Positions 37,231 through 46,675 of a DNA stretch of 64,000 bases are shown piece after piece. Origin of the DNA: Pseudomonadota bacterium. GTDB lineage: Archaea > Thermoplasmatota > SW-10-69-26 > JACQPN01 > JAJPHT01. Positions within the stretch are counted from its first letter, which is position 1. Every line of letters begins with the position of its first letter. A program made the position numbers and the translations under genes. The notes beneath the pieces are model-generated. The model did no database searches. It was not told the origin of the DNA and saw nothing but the letters and a program-made list of their open reading frames with translations. The stretch lies in contig JAJPHT010000015.1 of the NCBI GenBank assembly GCA_021325135.1, positions 128,001-192,000 on the forward strand, in the 5' to 3' direction.

Positions 37231-38184
37231 TTACTCCCACTCGATCGTTCCGGGCGGCTTGTGGCTCACGTCGTAGACGACGCGGGTGACGTGCGCGCCA
37301 AGCTCGTTGGTGATGCGCACGCTGATCCTCTCCAGGAGCGCGTGGGGGAGCGGCGAGTACTGCGCGCTCATGGCGTCCAGGCTCTCGACGGCGCGCACGA
37401 CGATGGTCTCGCCGTAGACGCGGATGTCGCCGTGGACGCCCACGCTGCGGACGGGCAGGAGGGCCGCGAAGTATTGCCAGGGGCGCTCGATCTCGCCGCG
37501 GTTGGCCGCCGCATCGATCTCCTCCTCCACGATGGCGCACGCCTCGCGGACGATCTGCGTGCGCTCCGGCGTCGCCTCGCCCAGGACGCGCACCGCAAGG
37601 CCGGGGCCCGGGAAGGGCTGGCGCTCCGCGACGGGGATGTGGAGGTGGCGCGCGAGCTTGCGCACCTCGTCCTTGTAGAGGTCCCTCAGGGGCTCGCAGA
37701 GGACGAGCTTCATGTCCTTGGGGAGGCCGCCCACGTTGTGGTGCGACTTGATGGTGTCGCGCACGCCGCCGCCGCTCTCGATCCAGTCGGGCGCGATGGT
37801 GCCCTGCACGAGCACGTCGGCGTTGATCTTCTTGCTCTCGCGCTCGAAGACGCGGATGAAGCGCTCGCCGATGACCTTGCGCTTCGCCTCGGGGTCCGTG
37901 ACGCCCTTCATGGCCGCGTAGAAGTCCGCCGAGGCGTCCACGAAGTCGAGGTTGATGTCGAGGCCCGAGAGGAGCGTCTTGATCTGCGCCGCCTCGTTCT
38001 TGCGCATGTAGCCCGTGTCCACGAAGACGGAGGTCAGGCGCTTCCCGATGGCCTTCGCGACGAGCACGGCCGCCGTGGTGCTGTCGACGCCGCCGCTGCA
38101 CGCGATGATGGCCGTCTTCCCCTCGGGGACCTGCTTCTGGATCGCCGCGACCTGCTCCTGCACGAACTTCTCGGGGTTGAACAT
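37231..38184 (-). CDS. guaAB: GMP synthase subunit B (ATPPase)
   Basis: SGGVDS, DPEAKRKVIG, IKSHHNVGG, PFPGPGLAVR and KPPGTIEWE; no glutaminase domain. Confidence 0.95.
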   Translation of the reverse strand: MFNPEKFVQEQVAAIQKQVPEGKTAIIACSGGVDSTTAAVLVAKAIGKRLTSVFVDTGYMRKNEAAQIKTLLSGLDINLDFVDASADFYAAMKGVTDPEAKRKVIGERFIRVFERESKKINADVLVQGTIAPDWIESGGGVRDTIKSHHNVGGLPKDMKLVLCEPLRDLYKDEVRKLARHLHIPVAERQPFPGPGLAVRVLGEATPERTQIVREACAIVEEEIDAAANRGEIERPWQYFAALLPVRSVGVHGDIRVYGETIVVRAVESLDAMSAQYSPLPHALLERISVRITNELGAHVTRVVYDVSHKPPGTIEWE

Positions 38185-38269
38185 CGGGCGGGCCTCTTTG
38201 GCTGCGCCACGGGGGGACCCCCATTTCAAGCTTTGCCGGCCTCCAGGAGAAGCCCACCCGCCGGCTTTC

Positions 38270-38773
38270 ATGCACCGGCGCCGAGTCTCCCTGGCCGTGG
38301 ACGAGCGCGCCTGCCTCCCCGCCCTGCACGGCCTGCACGTGGCGCTCCGCTTCCGCGGCGACGCGCTCGTGGGGGCGGACATCCTGGACCGCCCCGTGGC
38401 GGGGACGCCCCTGTCGGCCGCGGCCCAGGAGTCCGTGGACCTCGTGGCGCGCTACCTGGAGGACGGCAAGACCGACCTCTCCACGATCCCGGTCGCCCTG
38501 GAGGGCGCGTCCCCCTTCGACCGCGAGGCGCTGCTGGAGCTTCGCCGCGTGCGCGCGGGGCAGACGGTCTCCTACGGCGACCTCGCGCGCCGCCTGGGCC
38601 GGCCGCCCGGCGCCTCGCGCGCGATCGGCGGCGCCATGGCGCGCAACCCCATCCCTGTCGTCATCCCGTGCCACCGCGTCGTGCAGGCCGACGGCTCGCT
38701 GGGCCACTACAGCGGCTTCGGCGGCGCGGCGACCAAGCTGAAGCTCCTTCAGCTGGAAGGCAGCCGCTGGTAG
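38270..38773 (+). CDS. ogt: Methylated-DNA--protein-cysteine methyltransferase
   Basis: GQTVSYGDLA and RAIGGAMARNPIPVVIPCHRVV. Confidence 0.93.
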   Translation: MHRRRVSLAVDERACLPALHGLHVALRFRGDALVGADILDRPVAGTPLSAAAQESVDLVARYLEDGKTDLSTIPVALEGASPFDREALLELRRVRAGQTVSYGDLARRLGRPPGASRAIGGAMARNPIPVVIPCHRVVQADGSLGHYSGFGGAATKLKLLQLEGSRW

Positions 38774-40821
38774 AGCGTGCTGTTGGTGCGCAGGAAGAGG
38801 GCAAGCCCCGTGCCCGCGTTGAGGTCCACCTGCTCGCTGAGGACGTGCCGCTCGATCCAGAGGCGCGCGGCGAAGGTGGGCGAGAGCCCGAAGGTGAAGT
38901 TCCACGCGGCGACGCGCGTGAAGTTGGGAAGCTCCTGGCTCGCCTGGTCGTTCATGGCGAGGAGCGCGTCCACGTTCTCCGGAGGCGGGTAGCCCGTCTC
39001 GCGCAATTTGATGTCGGAAGGCGCCACGGCGGCGGGGTAGACGATGGGGCCCGCAACGGAGAGCGTAGAGCCCGGCGGGAGGTACTTGTGGAGGTCGTGC
39101 GCGAGGGGCTCCACGGGGAAGGGCGTGTCAAAGCCGGGCGCCGTGGCGGCGAGGAGCATGAGCGCCATGGCGAGGGCGGCGGCCTTGCGCGAGACGGCGG
39201 AGAGGGCGACCACGAGCCCCATGGCGACGCAGACGTACCAGCTGCTCACCCAGTAGGCCAGCGCGGCGACGACGACGCCCACGGCGAGGATGCCAGGCCA
39301 CGCGGCGGGGCGCGCGAGGATCGCCACCGAGAGCACGACGCCGAAGGTGAGGAAGAGGACAACCACGTCGCCCGTGGCGGCGACGCCGGGCACGAGCCCG
39401 AGCCCCACCAGGGTCACGAAGGCCACGTCCGCGATGGCGACGCCCAGGATGGCGAGCCACGCGGCGCGCGGCGCGGGGCCGGGCTTCGCCTCGACGTAGC
39501 GCGTCTCGACCTCGCCCTTCGCGAGCTTCCGCGTCGCGGTGGCGTACCCGACGCGGCTCGCCACGAGGGCGATGCCCAGCGGGAAGAGGGAGAGCGTGAG
39601 CAGGAGCTGGAGGCGCGAGAGCGTGGCCTCGCCGGCGATGGGCGAGAGCAGGAGGAGCGCCAGGAGCGAGACGGCCGCGATGGCGAACCACGCCTCGTGG
39701 CGCCGCCGGTTCGCGAGGCCCGGCGCGCCCGCGGGCGCCTCGGGGTCGTCCTCCACGCGCCAGAAGGGGATCGTCAGCCAGATGGCCGGCACGATGGCCG
39801 GCGTGAGATAGCGGATGTTGTCGAAGTCCACGAGGGCGCGGCGCTCGGTCATGTAGAACGTCGTCGTGAACACGGCGCCCGCCACGAGGGGGATGAGCGT
39901 CGCGAGCCAGAGCGCGCCGGTCCGCTCGTCGCGCCACGCCCGCGCCGCGGTCCCCGCGCGGAGGGAGAACGGGAGCGTCACCGCGGCGAGGAAGCAGAGG
40001 GCGAAGGCCAGCTTGAACGGGAAGACCGCGACGTAGTAAGGCACGCGCAGGCCCAGGAGACCGATGGTGTCGGGGTGCAGCCACGCCGTCTGCAACGGCG
40101 CGATCAGGGAGAGCCCGACGCCGCCCAGCTTCTCGGGGCGCAGGATGGCGAGGGTCGCCACGGCCGCGAGCGCGAGTCCCCCCACGGCGAGGTCCAGGGG
40201 GCTCGTGAGCACCTGGCGCCAGCCCCGCTTCGCGACGCGCCACGCGCCCACCGCCACGAGCCCCGCCGCGACGAAGGGCGCGCCGAGGTTGGGCTTCCCC
40301 AGGTAGGCCAGCGCGCCGAAGACGCCCGCCACGGGCAGCCAGCGCGGGCGCTCCAGGCTCTTGAGGAACGCCCAGAGCGCGAGCATGACCGCGAGGGCCA
40401 GGATGGACTCGCTCATGCCGCGGCTGTCGCTTACGTAGAATGCGGGGTTCGCGGCGACGAGCGCCGCCGCCGCAAACGCGCGCGTCCTTCCGAAGAGGTC
40501 GCGCGTGCAGAGGAACGTGGCCAGGGTGAGAAGGGCGGTGGCCAGCGACGCGCCCACGACCGCGATGCCGTAGGAGGGCCCGAAGAGCTTCACCAGGGGC
40601 GAGAGGAAGATGGGGAAGAGCGGCGGCCAGTAGCCGTTGAACTGCGGCGGGTCGGTCCACGGCATGACGAACGTGCCCGTGGAGGCGAAGCTGCGCGCGA
40701 GGAGAAGGTACCAGCCCGAGTCCCAGATGATGTCCGGGTGGAAGACGAGGTCCACGCGCATCGCGAAGGCGAAGGCGACGACGCCGAGGCACGCCCACTC
40801 GAATCGCGTGAGGCGGGCCAT
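38749..40821 (-). CDS. GT-C (GT39/ArnT-like) membrane glycosyltransferase
   Basis: WDSGWY, YWPPLFP, MSE and RYLTP motifs; many TM helices. Confidence 0.8.
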   Translation of the reverse strand: MARLTRFEWACLGVVAFAFAMRVDLVFHPDIIWDSGWYLLLARSFASTGTFVMPWTDPPQFNGYWPPLFPIFLSPLVKLFGPSYGIAVVGASLATALLTLATFLCTRDLFGRTRAFAAAALVAANPAFYVSDSRGMSESILALAVMLALWAFLKSLERPRWLPVAGVFGALAYLGKPNLGAPFVAAGLVAVGAWRVAKRGWRQVLTSPLDLAVGGLALAAVATLAILRPEKLGGVGLSLIAPLQTAWLHPDTIGLLGLRVPYYVAVFPFKLAFALCFLAAVTLPFSLRAGTAARAWRDERTGALWLATLIPLVAGAVFTTTFYMTERRALVDFDNIRYLTPAIVPAIWLTIPFWRVEDDPEAPAGAPGLANRRRHEAWFAIAAVSLLALLLLSPIAGEATLSRLQLLLTLSLFPLGIALVASRVGYATATRKLAKGEVETRYVEAKPGPAPRAAWLAILGVAIADVAFVTLVGLGLVPGVAATGDVVVLFLTFGVVLSVAILARPAAWPGILAVGVVVAALAYWVSSWYVCVAMGLVVALSAVSRKAAALAMALMLLAATAPGFDTPFPVEPLAHDLHKYLPPGSTLSVAGPIVYPAAVAPSDIKLRETGYPPPENVDALLAMNDQASQELPNFTRVAAWNFTFGLSPTFAARLWIERHVLSEQVDLNAGTGLALFLRTNSTLYQRLPSS

Positions 40822-40918
40822 GGCTGCCTGGCCGAGGCTGCCTCGCGGTCAAAAACCCTCCTTTCCCAGCGCAAAGACGCCAGCAACCCTTAAAGCGCCC
40901 CAGCCAGTGGTTCGCCCG

Positions 40919-41596
40919 ATGGCGCGCCCCGACCAGAGCGTCTATCCCCCGGAGCGCATCCCGCCGGGCCAGTTCATCACGGAGAAGTTCCCCGTGCTGC
41001 ACGCGGGCAGCGTGCCGCGCTTCGACCCGCAGGCGTGGGACTTCCAGGTCTACGGCGCGGTGGAGAACCCCATCAAGATCGACTACGCGACGCTGCGCGG
41101 CAAGCCCCAGACCGAGGTCAACGTCGACATCCACTGCGTGACCACGTGGAGCAAGCTGGACACGACGTGGGTCGGCTGGGTGACGAAGGACCTGATCGAC
41201 GAGGTCCGGCCCAAGCCCGGCGCGAAGTACGTCATCGCGGAGTGCGAGCAGGGCTACACGGCCAACGTGCTACTGGACGACCTGATGAAGCCCAACGTCC
41301 TGGTCGCGTACAAGTACGGCGGCCGCGACCTCGCGCCCGAGCACGGCTTCCCGCTGCGCCTTCTCGTGCCGCACCGCTACTTCTGGAAGAGCGCCAAGTG
41401 GCTGCGCGCGCTGCGCTTCGAGGAGCAGGACGAGCCCGGCTTCTGGGAGGTGCGGGGCTATCACAACAACGCGGACTACTGGGGCGAGGAGCGCTACTCC
41501 TACGAGGGCGACCAAACGCTCCGGCCCGAGCCCGCGCAGGGCGAGCCCGGCTCTCCTGGACCCAAGGACGCTCTCGCTCCTCGGCGCGTCGGCTGA
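40919..41596 (+). CDS. Sulfite oxidase-like molybdopterin oxidoreductase
   Basis: RIPPGQ, DIHCVTTWS, EHGFPLRL, YFWKSAKW and GFWEVRGYH. Confidence 0.92.
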   Translation: MARPDQSVYPPERIPPGQFITEKFPVLHAGSVPRFDPQAWDFQVYGAVENPIKIDYATLRGKPQTEVNVDIHCVTTWSKLDTTWVGWVTKDLIDEVRPKPGAKYVIAECEQGYTANVLLDDLMKPNVLVAYKYGGRDLAPEHGFPLRLLVPHRYFWKSAKWLRALRFEEQDEPGFWEVRGYHNNADYWGEERYSYEGDQTLRPEPAQGEPGSPGPKDALAPRRVG

Positions 41597-41621
41597 GCTT
41601 TGCTCTCCTGGTCACGCTCCT

Positions 41622-41691
41622 CGATGCAACCCGAACCAACGGACCACCGGACCAAAAGAAGACCTGTGGTTCGTGGGTTCGGGTTGCGTCG
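41622..41691. repeat. 29-bp-arm inverted repeat between convergent genes
   Basis: CGATGCAACCCGAACCAACGGACCACCGG and CCTGTGGTTCGTGGGTTCGGGTTGCGTCG, 4 mismatches. Confidence 0.7.
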
Positions 41692-41726
41692 TGAAGCTGG
41701 ACGAGGGATGATATCCAACGCGGACC

Positions 41727-43277
41727 TCAGCCCAGCTTCCCCGCGAGGAGGCCCACGGCCTGCTGGATGGCGACGTTCACGATCCACAGGGCGTAGATGG
41801 GCCCGAGGATCGCCAGCGCGACGAGGCCGCCCGCCTTGGCGAAGGAGCCCAGCGCCTTTCCCTTGCCCACGTAGCGCAGGCCGATGCCCAGCATGATGCG
41901 CACGGGGAGCGCGAAGAGGAGCGCGGCGAGGCTCCAGGGCGCCATCTCCAGGCCGAAGACGATGCCAAGCGTCTGGAGGTCGCGCGAGCCGGACTTCAGC
42001 AGCGTGAGGACGCTCGTGCCGAAGGTGTCCGCGAAGCTCGCGTCCCAGATCAGGAAGACGCCCAGGAGCACGACGAGCCAGACGCCCCATCCGATGAGGC
42101 GGAACGACCACGCGGGCTTCTCCGCCTTGGGCGGGCGCTTCACGAGGAACGCGACGATGGCCGCCAGCGCGCCCACCCACAGCACGACGCTGACGATGGG
42201 GACCACGCCCGCGATGCTGGCCGTGGGCGAGACGGCGAAGCCGGCCTTGTTGATGGCCACCGCGGGCGAGCCCTGCACGCGCATCTGGTCGCCGCTCCAC
42301 GCGATGCGCATGTCGCCGCTGCGCATCATGGAGAGAGGCCCCACGTCGAAGGGGTCCGAGCCCATGCGCGAGGCCAGCGGCGCTGCGGTGTCGTTGCCGT
42401 CGGGGTTGTTGATGACGAGGAGCGCGCCGTTGAGGAGGCCCGAGAAGGGCGCGAGGTTCTGGAGCGGGCCGCCGTCCTGGAAGGGGGAGCCCTTCTGGTT
42501 GCCCTGGTCGCCGCCGCCCATCCCCAGGGAGCTTCCCAGGTCGCTGAGCACGGAGAGCGTGTCCTGGAAGCGGTCCTCGGCCGCGCGGTGGACGCTGAGG
42601 GTGAGGTTCGCGGAGTCGCCCGCCGCGCCCGCGAGCACGGAGGCGTGCATCGTCATGGCGAAGGCGCCCTCGGTGCGGAAGAGCACGCCCGCGTTGCCCG
42701 ACTCGTCGGGGCGCGAGAGGTTGGCGTTGACCTCGCGGTGGCTCCAGCCCGCGAAGGGCTCGCCGTCCGCGCGCAGGAGGGTGACGTTGCCGTGGAGCAC
42801 GACGAGCTGCGTCTCGGCGCCGGCCCAGTCGGCGGAGGCCTCCACGTCGGGGCCCGCCAGGAGCGCGCCCGCGCCCACGGTGCCGTTGTCGCTGGGGAGC
42901 GGCGCCTGCGTGAGCGCGAGGCCGAAGCCGTAGGCCGCGCCCGCGCGCACGTTGACGGTGCGCCCATCGCCGATGCGCCAGAGCACCGCGCCCGACTCCA
43001 CGCGCAGCGTCGCGGCGTTGAGCGTCGTCTCCTTGCCCGCGGCCTCGTCGACGTGCAGCGTGGGGACGCCCTTGAGCGTCATGGGCGCCACGTCCGCGGC
43101 GAGCACGGCGTCGCGCAGGTCGCCCGCGAGGTCCAGCGCGCCGGCGCTGAGCACGACGGGCGCGTGCGTCGCGGCGTAGTCAAGCTCCACCGCGTCGTGG
43201 CGCGCGGAGAAGGCCAGCGCGCCGGGGGCGAGGAGGAGCAGGGCGAGCAGCAGGCTGGCGGCGTGCCGCGGGAGCAT
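41727..43277 (-). CDS. Hypothetical protein: signal peptide, large beta ectodomain, C-terminal TM bundle
   Basis: Hydropathy pattern of the 516-aa ORF. Confidence 0.75.
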   Translation of the reverse strand: MLPRHAASLLLALLLLAPGALAFSARHDAVELDYAATHAPVVLSAGALDLAGDLRDAVLAADVAPMTLKGVPTLHVDEAAGKETTLNAATLRVESGAVLWRIGDGRTVNVRAGAAYGFGLALTQAPLPSDNGTVGAGALLAGPDVEASADWAGAETQLVVLHGNVTLLRADGEPFAGWSHREVNANLSRPDESGNAGVLFRTEGAFAMTMHASVLAGAAGDSANLTLSVHRAAEDRFQDTLSVLSDLGSSLGMGGGDQGNQKGSPFQDGGPLQNLAPFSGLLNGALLVINNPDGNDTAAPLASRMGSDPFDVGPLSMMRSGDMRIAWSGDQMRVQGSPAVAINKAGFAVSPTASIAGVVPIVSVVLWVGALAAIVAFLVKRPPKAEKPAWSFRLIGWGVWLVVLLGVFLIWDASFADTFGTSVLTLLKSGSRDLQTLGIVFGLEMAPWSLAALLFALPVRIMLGIGLRYVGKGKALGSFAKAGGLVALAILGPIYALWIVNVAIQQAVGLLAGKLG

Positions 43278-43301
43278 CGAGACGGACTGGTGCCTCCCTG
43301 G

Positions 43302-43898
43302 CTAAAACCCCTGGGTTCGCGCCCGCTGGCAGCCGCGCGCGAACGCGGACTCGCGGGCCAGGTGCAGCAGGAGGGGCAACGGGGCGGGGGATCGCACGGC
43401 CTGAAGCTCCTCGATGACGCGCCGCGGCATCTGGCGCAGCCCGTGGACCGCCCACGGAGGGGGCAGGAAGCCGCGGAAGCGCTCCGCCCGCGCCGCGAGC
43501 CGGCCCCACGCCTCGCCCTCGGCGCGGGCCCACGCGACCCAGCTTCCCAGGTCCGCCGCCATGGGCGCCGCGACGGGCGCTCCCGGGAGGGCCTCGATGC
43601 GCAGCCCTCGATCGAGCGCGTCTGCAAGGAAGGGCGCTGCGTCGGCGTTGCGCGGGCCGGGCAGGGGCTCCCGCGTCGCGGCGCGGGCGGCGGGCGCGAA
43701 GAAGTTCATGGGGTGGAGGAAGCGCGCGTCCCACGCCGCGAGGTAACGCCGCGCCGCGCGCGCCAGCGCCCAGTCGCCCGCCGGGCGCAGCGGCAGGAGC
43801 GCCGCCGCCACCTCCGGGCGCGCGAGGACCGCCTCCGCCGCGGCGCGCGCGCCGGGGGCCAGCGCCTCGCCGGGAGCAAGCTGGACGTGGACCTCCAC
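43302..43898 (-). CDS. Hypothetical protein
   Basis: Fills the gap between neighbours; GTG start uncertain. Confidence 0.5.
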   Translation of the reverse strand: MEVHVQLAPGEALAPGARAAAEAVLARPEVAAALLPLRPAGDWALARAARRYLAAWDARFLHPMNFFAPAARAATREPLPGPRNADAAPFLADALDRGLRIEALPGAPVAAPMAADLGSWVAWARAEGEAWGRLAARAERFRGFLPPPWAVHGLRQMPRRVIEELQAVRSPAPLPLLLHLARESAFARGCQRARTQGF

Positions 43899-43956
43899 GG
43901 GCGCGCGACGGCCCCCCGGGGCAAAGCCCTTTTCGTGGGCCCAGGGATGGCGCCCC

Positions 43957-44601
43957 GTGCGTCGCGGCGTCGAGCGGTATGCGCCCAGCGAAGGGTACGA
44001 CGTGGGCGCCATCGCGCGCCACAAGTATTCGGAATTGGTCGTGCGCAAGGCCGGCCTCTTCCCCGGCGACTGGTCGCTGGACGTGCAGACGGGCACGGGC
44101 ATCCTGGGCGTGCAGGTGGCGCGCGCCTTCACGCGCGTCAAGGTCGTGGCGACGGACCACAGCCGCGAGAACCTGCTCCACGCGCGCGAGAACGCCAAGG
44201 CCGAGAAGTGCGAGCACCGCATGGCGTTCGTCGAGTGCCTTCCCGACATGCTGCCGTTCAAGGACGAGCAGTTCTTCTTCACCACCATCGGGTTCCGCCT
44301 CTGCGCCGAGGAGGAGCCCCTCGCCACCCTGGACGAGATCCACCGCGTGACCGGCTTCTATGGCAAGGTGTACGCGCCCGCCCTGGACTTCAGCCGGGCG
44401 CGCGCGAAGCCCCAGGACGTGCACGACTGGGTCTTCGGCGAGGAGACGCTGCGCGAGATGCGCGACATGGGCTACGGCAAGATCCAGACCCTGGACGTGG
44501 CGACGCTGGCGGACGGCGCCCGCCTGCGCCTCGTCACCATGAAGCGCTTCGACCCCGAGGAGGGCGACGAGGCGGAGGACGGCGAGGAGGGCGAGGGATG
44601 A
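43957..44601 (+). CDS. Class I SAM-dependent methyltransferase-like protein
   Basis: LDVQTGTG, VVATDHS and LPFKDEQF. Confidence 0.8.
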   Translation: MRRGVERYAPSEGYDVGAIARHKYSELVVRKAGLFPGDWSLDVQTGTGILGVQVARAFTRVKVVATDHSRENLLHARENAKAEKCEHRMAFVECLPDMLPFKDEQFFFTTIGFRLCAEEEPLATLDEIHRVTGFYGKVYAPALDFSRARAKPQDVHDWVFGEETLREMRDMGYGKIQTLDVATLADGARLRLVTMKRFDPEEGDEAEDGEEGEG

Positions 44602-45002
44602 CCTGGACGTGCCCCAAGTGCGGCCGGTCGTTCTCCCGCGAAGGGCAGAGCCACTCGTGCCGCCCCGCGCTGACGCTCGGCTCGCACTTCGAGGGGCGGC
44701 CCCCCTGGATGCGCGTCGCGTTCGACCGCCTCGTGAAGGGCCTGGGCAAGGGCGTGCGCGTGGACGTCGTGGGCAACGGCGTCCACTTCGCCGCAGGCTC
44801 GACCTTCGCCGCCGCGAAGCCCATGGCCAAGGCGCTGCGCGTCGAGTTCCTCTGGGAGAAGCCCCTCGCCTCGCCCCGCGTCGTCAAGTCCGAGCGCTTC
44901 AGCGCCACGCGCTACGCGCACCACGTCGACCTCGCGTCGCCTGACGACGTGGACGACGAGCTGCGCGGCTGGCTCGCGCACGCCCACGAGCTGAGGGCGT
45001 GA
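44598..45002 (+). CDS. DUF5655-like protein with N-terminal zinc knuckle
   Basis: MTWTCPKCGRSF...HSC and DDVDDELRGWL. Confidence 0.8.
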   Translation: MTWTCPKCGRSFSREGQSHSCRPALTLGSHFEGRPPWMRVAFDRLVKGLGKGVRVDVVGNGVHFAAGSTFAAAKPMAKALRVEFLWEKPLASPRVVKSERFSATRYAHHVDLASPDDVDDELRGWLAHAHELRA

Positions 45003-45138
45003 GCCTCGCGGCCACGGGGCCTTCCGCATGCATCCCCGCGCCTGGCCGTCCTCGTGGGCGCAAGGGTGCCTGGAGCCTCATGGGCCCTCCGATCCGTGGG
45101 CCAGAGCGCCTTTTCGCGAAGCGAGCCGTCGCGCGCCC

Positions 45139-45372
45139 ATGACGCCTTCGGGGCGCGGCTTCGCCGGCATGGATCCGGAACGCCAGCGCGAGATCGCCCG
45201 CCTGGGAGGCCGCGCCGCGCACGCGAGCGGGCACGCGCACGAGTTCAGCGCGGAGGAGGCTCGCCAGGCGGGGCGCAAAGGCGGGCAGCGCGTCAGCCGC
45301 GACCGCGCCCACATGGCGAAGATCGGCCGGCGCGGCGGCAAGGCGGCGCACGGGCGCGGCGGGTCGCGATGA
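45139..45372 (+). CDS. KGG-repeat stress-induced protein
   Basis: RGFAGMDPERQREIARLGG, AHEFSAEEARQAGRKGG and HMAKIGRRGG. Confidence 0.88.
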   Translation: MTPSGRGFAGMDPERQREIARLGGRAAHASGHAHEFSAEEARQAGRKGGQRVSRDRAHMAKIGRRGGKAAHGRGGSR

Positions 45373-46643
45373 GCCTCGCGGAGCAGGTCCGGCAGGCGGC
45401 CTTGCCCCTGGAGTCGGCCGCGGACCTCGGGCCCCTTCTGCGACGCATGGGCGACGCGCGCGTCGTCATGCTGGGCGAGGCGACGCACGGCACCCGCGAG
45501 TTCTACGCCCTGCGCGCCGCGCTCACGGAGCGCCTCATCGCGGAGCACGGCTTCTCCTTCGTCGCGGTTGAAGGCGACTGGCCCGACTGCAAGCGCGTCG
45601 ACCGCCACGTCAAGGGCCAGGAGGGCGACGACGCGGCCCGCACGCTGCGCGCGTTCGCCCGGTGGCCCACGTGGATGTGGGCCAACGAGGAGGTCGCGGA
45701 GCTGGCGGCGTGGATGCGCGGATGGAACGAGGGCCACCCGCTGGAGCCGGTCGGCTTCTTCGGCCTCGACGTCTACAGCCTGTGGGACTCCATGGAGGAG
45801 GTCGTGCGCTACCTGGAGGAGCGCGACCCCGAGGCGGCGGGCGCGGCGCGCGAGGCCTACGCGTGCTTCGGGCCCTACATGCGCGACGAGCACGCCTACG
45901 CGGCATCGACGCGCTGGATCCCCGAGTCGTGCGAGTCGGAGGTCGTCGCGGTGCTCGCGCGCATCGCGGAGCGCGGCGTCGTGGACGAGCGCGACTTCGA
46001 CGCCGAGCAGAACGCCTTCGTCGCCGCGAACGCGGAGGCCTACTACCGCGCGATGGTGCGCAACGACGCCGACAGCTGGAACGTGCGCGATCGCCACATG
46101 ATGGAGACGCTCGACCGGCTCCTGCGCGCGCACGGCCCGCGCTCCAAGGCCGTCGTGTGGGCGCACAACACGCACGTGGGCGACGCGCGGGCGACGGACA
46201 TGGCCCGCGCGGGGATGGTTAACCTGGGCCAGCTCGCGCGGGAGCGCTACGGCATGGACGACACGTTCGCCGTGGGCTTCGGCACGCACCGCGGGACCGT
46301 CGTCGCGGGCCGCTCGTGGGGCGCCAGGATGGAGGAGATGCGCGTGCCGCCCGCCGTCTCGGGCTCGTGGGAGGACGTCATGCACGAGGCGACGGAGGGG
46401 CACGACGCGCTCTTCCTGCTGCGTGGCGCGCGAGAGCCGGAGTGGCGCGCCTTGCGGGGCCACCGCGCCATCGGCGTCGTCTACGACCCCGCGTGGGAGT
46501 CTCCGGGGAACTACGTCCCCACCGACCTTCCGGGGCGGTACGACGCGTTCGTCCACCTGGACGCCACGCACGCGCTGCGCCCGCTGCACGCGCCCGTGGC
46601 CGGGGGCCGGGAGCCGCCCGAGACGTTCCCCAGCGGGATGTAA
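45369..46643 (+). CDS. Erythromycin esterase family protein
   Basis: LGEATHGT.EFY, AVEGDWPD, WPTWMWAN and WAHNTHVGDARAT. Confidence 0.92.
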   Translation: MSLAEQVRQAALPLESAADLGPLLRRMGDARVVMLGEATHGTREFYALRAALTERLIAEHGFSFVAVEGDWPDCKRVDRHVKGQEGDDAARTLRAFARWPTWMWANEEVAELAAWMRGWNEGHPLEPVGFFGLDVYSLWDSMEEVVRYLEERDPEAAGAAREAYACFGPYMRDEHAYAASTRWIPESCESEVVAVLARIAERGVVDERDFDAEQNAFVAANAEAYYRAMVRNDADSWNVRDRHMMETLDRLLRAHGPRSKAVVWAHNTHVGDARATDMARAGMVNLGQLARERYGMDDTFAVGFGTHRGTVVAGRSWGARMEEMRVPPAVSGSWEDVMHEATEGHDALFLLRGAREPEWRALRGHRAIGVVYDPAWESPGNYVPTDLPGRYDAFVHLDATHALRPLHAPVAGGREPPETFPSGM

Positions 46644-46675
46644 GGTTCATCTCCGGGCGGCGAGGTCCGCCAAGC

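Noticed and set aside
36652-40893. 1413-aa plus-strand ORF and similar long ORFs (126-1586, 1723-4413, 9636-12233, 61693-63873)
   Set aside because: Shadow ORFs antisense to well-supported genes; stop codons are scarce at this GC.
45369-46643. Macrolide resistance gene
   Set aside because: Belongs to the broad erythromycin esterase family; substrate cannot be inferred from sequence.
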